From: Alphaproteobacteria bacterium
GTDB lineage: Bacteria > Pseudomonadota > Alphaproteobacteria > SP197
Direction: 5' to 3'
Length of the DNA: 64,000 bases
Assembly (NCBI GenBank): GCA_964291415.2
Contig: OZ219917.1
Span: 864,001 to 928,000, forward strand
The position numbers and the translations under genes were made by a program. Of the stretch, positions 57,657-64,000 are shown piece by piece. The notes below the pieces were generated by a model. It was not told the origin of the DNA and ran no database searches. It saw only the letters and a program-made list of their open reading frames with translations. Each line of letters starts with the position of its first letter. Position 1 is the stretch's first letter.

Positions 57657-60600
57657 ATGCGGATCAGGCGCCACTTCACCACCGCAGGCAAGGATGCCTA
57701 TCACGGCATCGGCTTCCGCAAGGCGATGAGCGAGATCCGCAACCCCGATGGTTCGGTCGTTTTCCGGCAGGAGGGAATCGAGGTTCCCGACTCCTGGTCA
57801 CAGGTCGCCAGCGACATCATTGCCCAGAAGTACTTCCGCAAGGCGGGTGTGCCCGACAGCCTGCAGGCGGTCGAGGAAGGGTCGGTTCCGGCCTGGCTCA
57901 GCCGTCGCGAGGCCGCACCCGGCGCCGGCACGACCGGTGAGACGGACAGCCGGCAGGTCTTTGACCGCATGGCCGGCACCTGGACCTACTGGGGCTGGAA
58001 GGGCGGCTACTTCGATCGCGAAGAGGATGCGCGCACCTTCTTCGACGAGGTGCGGTTCATGCTGGCCTCGCAAATCGCGGCGCCCAACTCGCCACAGTGG
58101 TTCAACACCGGGCTTCACTGGGCCTACGGCATCTCGGGCCCGGCCCAGGGTCACTACTACGTCAACCACGAGACCGGTCGCCTCAACCGCTCGACCAACG
58201 CCTACGAGCGGCCCCAGCCTCACGCCTGTTTCATCCAGAGCGTGGCCGACGACCTGGTCAACGAGAACGGCATCATGGACCTGTGGGTACGCGAAGCGCG
58301 CCTCTTCAAGTTCGGGTCCGGCACCGGATCGAACTTCTCGGCGCTCAGAGGCGAGGGCGAGCCGCTGTCGGGCGGGGGCCGTTCATCGGGTCTCATGAGT
58401 TTCCTCAAGGTGGGAGACAGGGCGGCAGGCGCCATCAAGTCCGGTGGCACGACACGCCGCGCCGCCAAGATGGTGGTCGTCGACATCGACCACCCGGATG
58501 TCGAGAACTTCATCTCCTGGAAGATGGTCGAGGAACAGAAAGTGGCGGCGCTCGTCGCCGGATCGAGGCAGTGCCACAAGCACCTCAACGCCGTGATGGA
58601 GGCATGCCACGAGGGAGACCGTCACGACGAGACGAGGTTCGATCCGAAGGAGAATTCGTCGCTGCGCAAGGCCGTTCTGGCGTGTCGCCGGGCGATGGTC
58701 CCGGAAGCCGGAATCCAGCGTGTGCTCCAGCTCGCCCGGCAGGGTTACCGCACGGTCGAGTTTCCGTTGCTGGACACGGACTGGGATTCGGAGGCCTACA
58801 GGACCGTTTCGGGACAGAACGCCAACAACTCCGTCAGGGTGACCAACGCGTTCCTCGAAGCCGTCGAGGCCGATCGCAACTGGGACCTGATACGGCGCAC
58901 CGACGGCACGGTGTCCAGGTCCGTGAAGGCGCGGGACCTGTGGGACAGGATCGCCTTCGCCGCCTGGGCCTCGGCGGACCCCGGAATCCAGTACGACACG
59001 ACCATCAACGAGTGGCACACATGCCCCGGGTCGGGACGGATCAACGCCTCCAATCCCTGTTCGGAGTACATGTTCCTCGACGACACGGCATGCAATCTCG
59101 CCTCGCTCAATCTCCTCAAGTTCCGAATGGACGACGGCCGCTTCGACATCACCGCCTTCGAGCATGCGGTCCGGCTGTGGACCATCGTGCTGGAGATATC
59201 GGTCATGATGGCCCAGTTCCCGTCCCGGGAGATTGCCAGGCGGTCGTACGACTTCCGGTCGCTCGGACTGGGCTATGCCAACCTCGGCGGCCTGCTGATG
59301 GCATCGGGTCATTCCTATGACTCCACGGAAGGCCGGGCCTTCTGCGGCGCCGTCAGCGCCATCATGACCGGGGTCGGCTACGCCACGAGCGCCGAGATGG
59401 CCGGCGAACTCGGACCTTTCCCCGGTTTCGCCAGAAACCGTGACGCCATGCTGCGGGTGATGCGCAACCACCGCCGGGCCGCCATCAGCGGACAGGACAA
59501 CTACGAAGGACTGTCGGTGCTGCCCGTGGCCATCGATCACGGAGCGCTGCCTCTGCCCGAACTGGGCGAGGCGGCCGTCCGGGCGTGGGACGAGGCTCTC
59601 CGGCTGGGGGAGCAGCACGGCTACCGGAATGCCCAGGCGACGGTGATCGCGCCGACGGGGACCATCGGCCTCGTCATGGATTGCGATACCACGGGAATCG
59701 AGCCCGATTTCGCGCTGGTGAAGTTCAAGAAGCTGGCGGGCGGCGGTTACTTCAAGATCATCAACCGGACGGTGCCGGTGGCGCTCGCCATGCTGGGTTA
59801 CAGCGAGCGCGAGATCACGGCGATGATCACCCATGCCGTGGGCCACGGCACGCTTGCCGGCGCGCCGTCGGTGAATCACGAGACCCTTCGCGCGAAGGGA
59901 TTCACGGACGATGTCCTGGAGAAGGTCGAGAATTCACTGAAGGCGGCGTTCGACATCCGTTTCGTCTTCAACAGGTGGACCCTTGGCGAGGATTTCTGCA
60001 CCGGGACACTGGCACTCGATGCCCAGGATCTCGAGGATCCCGGCTTCGATCTTCTGACCGCCATCGGCTTCAGTCGGGCCGACATCGAGGCCGCCAACAG
60101 CTTCTGCTGCGGCACCATGACCCTTGAGGGAGCACCGCACATTCGTGACGAGCATCTTGCGGTGTTCGACTGCGCCAATCCCTGTGGCCGCCTGGGCAGG
60201 CGGTTCTTGTCGACCGACAGTCACATCAGGATGATGGCGGCCGCACAGCCCTTCATCTCGGGCGCCATCTCCAAGACGATCAACATGCCCGCCACGGCTT
60301 CGGTCGAGGAATGTCGCGACACCTACAAGCTGTCCTGGCGCCTTGGCCTCAAGGCCAATGCGCTCTACCGGGACGGTTCGAAACTCTCACAGCCTCTCTC
60401 TGCCATGCATTTCGGTGACCTGGCAGAGGATCTCGAGGAGGCGCAAGACCGCCCCGAGGCGATCCGCAAGGTCGTTACCACCATCGTGCGCAACGAGCGC
60501 CGGCGTCTCGACAACCGTCGTCGCGGCTATACGCAGAAGGCCATCGTCGGCGGTCACAAGGTCTACCTGAAGACCGGTGAATACGTCGACGGCAGTCTGG

Positions 60601-61205
60601 GCGAGATCTTCATCGACATGCACAAGGAAGGCGCGGCCTTCCGCAGCCTGATGAACAATTTCGCGATCGCCGTGTCGATCGGCCTGCAGTACGGCGTGCC
60701 GCTCGAAGAGTTCGTTGACGCGTACACCTTCACCCGCTTCGAGCCCAGCGGCATGGTCGAGGGCAACGACACCATCAAGATGTCAACGTCCATCCTCGAC
60801 TACATCTTCCGTGAGCTGGCGATCAGCTATCTCGCCCGCAACGATCTCGCCCATGTCGAGCCCGGTGACCTGATGCCGGACACGGTGGGTCGCGGCGATG
60901 CCGGCGAGGAGTTCGCCGAAACCGATGACGGCATGGCCGAGGTTCAGAGCCTGCTCGAACAGGTCGCGAGCAGAGGCTACATGCGGGGCCGTCACCTCCA
61001 GGTTCTCGATGGCGGGCGCCAGGCAGAACCGGTCAGGGTGGCCGCGGCCCAACACGAAATGTTTGCAGGCGTCACCGCCGCCGATGCGGCACGCATGCAA
61101 GGCTACGAGGGGGATCCGTGCGAAGAATGCGGCAACCTCACACTGGTCCGCAACGGGACCTGTCTCAAGTGCGTCACCTGTGGTGCGACAAGTGGATGCT
61201 CGTGA
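57657..61205 (+). CDS. nrdJ: Class II (B12-dependent) ribonucleotide reductase
   Basis: [38 protein letters not shown]-terminal CxxC...CxxCG..SGC. Confidence 0.97.
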   Translation: MRIRRHFTTAGKDAYHGIGFRKAMSEIRNPDGSVVFRQEGIEVPDSWSQVASDIIAQKYFRKAGVPDSLQAVEEGSVPAWLSRREAAPGAGTTGETDSRQVFDRMAGTWTYWGWKGGYFDREEDARTFFDEVRFMLASQIAAPNSPQWFNTGLHWAYGISGPAQGHYYVNHETGRLNRSTNAYERPQPHACFIQSVADDLVNENGIMDLWVREARLFKFGSGTGSNFSALRGEGEPLSGGGRSSGLMSFLKVGDRAAGAIKSGGTTRRAAKMVVVDIDHPDVENFISWKMVEEQKVAALVAGSRQCHKHLNAVMEACHEGDRHDETRFDPKENSSLRKAVLACRRAMVPEAGIQRVLQLARQGYRTVEFPLLDTDWDSEAYRTVSGQNANNSVRVTNAFLEAVEADRNWDLIRRTDGTVSRSVKARDLWDRIAFAAWASADPGIQYDTTINEWHTCPGSGRINASNPCSEYMFLDDTACNLASLNLLKFRMDDGRFDITAFEHAVRLWTIVLEISVMMAQFPSREIARRSYDFRSLGLGYANLGGLLMASGHSYDSTEGRAFCGAVSAIMTGVGYATSAEMAGELGPFPGFARNRDAMLRVMRNHRRAAISGQDNYEGLSVLPVAIDHGALPLPELGEAAVRAWDEALRLGEQHGYRNAQATVIAPTGTIGLVMDCDTTGIEPDFALVKFKKLAGGGYFKIINRTVPVALAMLGYSEREITAMITHAVGHGTLAGAPSVNHETLRAKGFTDDVLEKVENSLKAAFDIRFVFNRWTLGEDFCTGTLALDAQDLEDPGFDLLTAIGFSRADIEAANSFCCGTMTLEGAPHIRDEHLAVFDCANPCGRLGRRFLSTDSHIRMMAAAQPFISGAISKTINMPATASVEECRDTYKLSWRLGLKANALYRDGSKLSQPLSAMHFGDLAEDLEEAQDRPEAIRKVVTTIVRNERRRLDNRRRGYTQKAIVGGHKVYLKTGEYVDGSLGEIFIDMHKEGAAFRSLMNNFAIAVSIGLQYGVPLEEFVDAYTFTRFEPSGMVEGNDTIKMSTSILDYIFRELAISYLARNDLAHVEPGDLMPDTVGRGDAGEEFAETDDGMAEVQSLLEQVASRGYMRGRHLQVLDGGRQAEPVRVAAAQHEMFAGVTAADAARMQGYEGDPCEECGNLTLVRNGTCLKCVTCGATSGCS

Positions 61206-61284
61206 CTCCCGTTGCTGACATGGGTGGTCGGGTCTGGCGATCGGCCGGCTGACTGCCTGATTTCATGGTGTGTCCTCCCCAACT

Positions 61285-61317
61285 TGGGGGTGGGTTTCGG
61301 CTCACCCCCATTTTTTT
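61285..61317 (+). terminator. Rho-independent terminator after nrdJ
   Basis: TGGGGGTGGG-tttcgg-CTCACCCCCA followed by T7. Confidence 0.85.
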
Positions 61318-61482
61318 GCAACCCGCTTCCGTCACCGGTGGGCATGACGCCTTTCCCTCCCCGATTGCGTACCGAAGTGATCGTCTGTCTTGCGGACAGG
61401 CACTGAATGGCGGCGTTGGCGCCGCGAGTTGTCATGACGGCCGATCTATGCTGCACTGCACAATGACGAGTTCGGGGTGGGT

Positions 61483-62334
61483 ATGACACCTGTACGCACC
61501 GTGGCGGCACTGCGACTTCAGCTGGATGAATGGCGGGTGGCTGGTGACACCATTGTCCTCGTTCCCACGATGGGCGCCCTGCACGACGGACACCTGGCGC
61601 TGGTCCGGGTGGCGAGGGAACGCGCGCGCCGCGTGGTGGCGAGTCTCTTCGTCAATCCCGCCCAGTTTGCCCCGGGCGAGGATTTTGCCAGCTACCCAAG
61701 GAACGAGGCGGAGGACATGGCGTGTTTTCTCGATGCCGGCGTTGACCTCGTCTATGCCCCGGAAGCGCAGGACATGTACCCTGAGGGGTTTGCCACGACT
61801 GTTACGCCGGGCGGCGCCGCGCAAGGGCTCGAGGCCGATTACCGGGAAGGGTTCTTTTCGGGCGTTGCCACCGTGGTGCTCAAGCTGTTCATGCAGACCC
61901 GCGCCGACGCAGCGGTGTTCGGGGAGAAGGACTACCAGCAACTTGTGGTCGTGAATCAGATGGTCCGCGATCTCGACCTTGGGATTGACATCGTCCCGGT
62001 GGCCACGGTGCGTGAGGCGGACGGTCTCGCCATGTCTTCGCGCAATGTCTACCTCGGCGCCGAAGACCGCCATCGCGCGGCCGGACTCTTCCGCATCCTG
62101 TTGGAGACACGTGACGTCCTTGGTGGAGGAGAGCCTCCGGATACGGCGATCCGCAATGCCTTGAGACGTCTGGAAGCTGCCTTCGATGCCGTCGACTATC
62201 TCTCGTTGCGCGACCCCGTCACTCTTGGTGTGGTAGAGACGCGGGCCCGTGCAGCAAGACTGCTGTCCGCCGTGCGTCTCGGAGGAACCCGGCTGATTGA
62301 CAATGTGGCGGTGACATTGCCGGGAGGAACGTGA
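61483..62334 (+). CDS. panC: Pantoate-beta-alanine ligase
   Basis: VPTMGALHDGH, FVNPAQF, FGEKDYQQ, GLAMSSRN, TRLIDN. Confidence 0.97.
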   Translation: MTPVRTVAALRLQLDEWRVAGDTIVLVPTMGALHDGHLALVRVARERARRVVASLFVNPAQFAPGEDFASYPRNEAEDMACFLDAGVDLVYAPEAQDMYPEGFATTVTPGGAAQGLEADYREGFFSGVATVVLKLFMQTRADAAVFGEKDYQQLVVVNQMVRDLDLGIDIVPVATVREADGLAMSSRNVYLGAEDRHRAAGLFRILLETRDVLGGGEPPDTAIRNALRRLEAAFDAVDYLSLRDPVTLGVVETRARAARLLSAVRLGGTRLIDNVAVTLPGGT

Positions 62335-62337
62335 GAC

Positions 62338-63171
62338 ATGGCGCCGGACCCACCGGACAATCCTGACCCAAGCGGACTGCTCGGTCCCCGGGGTGGTGAG
62401 CCGATCGTCGGCCTGACGGCCTACACGGCGCCCATGGCTGCCAGGATCGACCGGCATGTGGACTTCATCCTGGTTGGCGATTCGGTCGCGATGGTGCTCT
62501 ACGGCATGGAGACGACACGGACCATCGACATCGACACGATGATCCGCCATGGCCGGGCTGTCGCCCAGGCAGCCGCCAACACCCTGGTCGTTATCGACAT
62601 GCCCTTCGGCACCTATGAGCACAACCGGGACGTGGCGCTCTCGAATGCCCGGCGCATGCTTGCCGAGACGGGCTGCGATGCCGTGAAGATGGAAGGCGGG
62701 GACAGTCTGGCCGGGACGGTCGAGGCCGCCGTCGCGGACGGCATTCCCGTGATGGGCCACGTCGGCCTGATGCCGCAGCGGGCGAGAAGCGTCGCGCAGA
62801 TGCGCTCCAGGGGCCATTCGGACACCACCCGGCGACGCATCCTGAAAGATGCCCGGGCGATTGCCCAGGCCGGGGCCTTCGCCATCGTTGTTGAGGGAGT
62901 CGTCGAAAGCGTTGCGCGCGACATCACTGAAGCCTCGTCCGTTCCCATCATCGGCATTGGCGCTTCGGTCGCCTGCGACGGTCAAATCCTCGTCACCGAG
63001 GACATGACCGGCATGTTCGACACCTTCACGCCGAAGTTCGTGAAGCGCTATGCCGAGGTCGGACAGATCGTGGAAGAGGCGGTCATGGCCTATGCCGGCG
63101 ATGTCCGCAGCCGGCGCTTCCCGGGACCCGAACACACCTTCGCAAAACGCCGGAAAAAGGCCGCCAGGTGA
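62338..63171 (+). CDS. panB: 3-methyl-2-oxobutanoate hydroxymethyltransferase
   Basis: LTAY, LVGDS, DMPFGTY, VKMEGG, GHVGLMPQ, DGQILV, PKFVKRY. Confidence 0.97.
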   Translation: MAPDPPDNPDPSGLLGPRGGEPIVGLTAYTAPMAARIDRHVDFILVGDSVAMVLYGMETTRTIDIDTMIRHGRAVAQAAANTLVVIDMPFGTYEHNRDVALSNARRMLAETGCDAVKMEGGDSLAGTVEAAVADGIPVMGHVGLMPQRARSVAQMRSRGHSDTTRRRILKDARAIAQAGAFAIVVEGVVESVARDITEASSVPIIGIGASVACDGQILVTEDMTGMFDTFTPKFVKRYAEVGQIVEEAVMAYAGDVRSRRFPGPEHTFAKRRKKAAR

Positions 63172-63244
63172 GACATGGAGTTCCGTCGTTGATCGGAGCA
63201 TGGCGGGTACATAGGATCGAAGGCGGATGAAGCGGGTGGGGATC

Positions 63245-64000
63245 ATGGCGCATCGTGTGGAGTATGAACCTTCTCCCAGGCGGGTGAGGGCGGTGTTGCG
63301 GGGCGAGACGATCGTGGACAGCACGGACGTCCTGCTGGTGCGCGAGACGGGTCATGTTCCGGTCTACTATTTCCCTCGCGACGATGTCGCCATGGACCGG
63401 CTCACCCCCACCGCAAACAAGACGCATTGCCCGTGGAAGGGGGACGCCTGCTACTGGACCATCCATGCCGATGGTCACGCGGCGGAGAACGCCGCCTGGG
63501 CCTATCCCGAGCCACTGGAAGAGGCATCCGCGCTGCGGGACCGCATCGCCTTCTACTGGCAGAGCCTCGATCACTGGTACGAGGAGGACGAGGAGGTTTT
63601 CGTCCATGCCCGGGATCCGCGCGTCAGGGTCGACACGCTTCTGAGCCACCGGCCGGTCGAGGTGACCCATGCCGGCGAAGTGCTGGCGAAGAGCAGCCGG
63701 GCGCAGTTTCTCTTCGAAACCGATCTTCCGACCCGCTACTACATTCCTCCAGAGGACGTGCGCCGGGACCTCCTTGTCGAATCGCCGACCAACACGCGCT
63801 GCCCCTACAAGGGTGCGGCCACGCACCTTTCGCTCGTCATCGATGGCGTCACTCATGACGACATCGCCTGGGTCTATCCCGATCCGATTCCGGAGTGCCC
63901 CCGCATTGCCGGTCACATCGCCTTCTACAACGAGCGGGTCGACCGGATCCTTGTGGACGGCAAGCCCGTCGGGCAGCCGCAGACGGCGTGGTCGCGGGAC
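63245..64000 (+). CDS. Tandem DUF427 protein (stop beyond window end)
   Basis: Manual translation: MAHRVEYEPSPRRVR..YYFPRDDV..THCPWKG..HARDP..RVD..RYYIPPEDV..TRCPYKG..AFYNERVD. Confidence 0.88.
   Translation, partial: MAHRVEYEPSPRRVRAVLRGETIVDSTDVLLVRETGHVPVYYFPRDDVAMDRLTPTANKTHCPWKGDACYWTIHADGHAAENAAWAYPEPLEEASALRDRIAFYWQSLDHWYEEDEEVFVHARDPRVRVDTLLSHRPVEVTHAGEVLAKSSRAQFLFETDLPTRYYIPPEDVRRDLLVESPTNTRCPYKGAATHLSLVIDGVTHDDIAWVYPDPIPECPRIAGHIAFYNERVDRILVDGKPVGQPQTAWSRD

Noticed and set aside
57657-61205. Intein or intron in nrdJ
   Set aside because: Continuous ORF of typical size with no splice-junction or homing-endonuclease motifs seen.
1-64000. CRISPR array, integron attC cassettes, IS elements or prophage
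   Set aside because: No regularly spaced repeats, cas genes, integrase, transposase or phage structural genes recognised.

Overview
GC-rich bacterial chromosomal window. Alphaproteobacteria is inferred from the tRNA-Thr/murA/DUF2948 synteny and the nrdJ type. Core content: a complete respiratory nitrate reductase operon (narK1-narK2-narGHJI plus a PpiC-type isomerase), murA, class II ribonucleotide reductase nrdJ with NrdR-like boxes, panC-panB, and tRNA-Gly(GCC) and tRNA-Thr(GGT). Between these lie many small-molecule catabolic genes: PhyH and other 2OG oxygenases, an M24 hydrolase, acyl-CoA dehydrogenase plus CaiB, two Zn alcohol dehydrogenases, 8-oxoguanine deaminase, a dimethylformamidase-beta-like enzyme, an M20 amidohydrolase, and peptide- and Liv-type ABC transporters. 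Four short intergenic patches hold intact or half-deleted toxin-antitoxin modules and fragments of nuclease, nucleotidyltransferase and P450 genes, with no integrase or transposase visible. Best candidates for new biology: (1) an HTH-DUF427-degenerate DUF4379 fusion sitting divergently upstream of narK1, where a nar regulator would be expected; (2) a urease-like enzyme that keeps all metal ligands but has a remodelled substrate loop and flap, with no accessory genes in the window; (3) a dimethylformamidase-beta/ABC/PhyH/purine-deaminase catabolic cluster. All family calls come from motif recognition by eye; no database searches were run.
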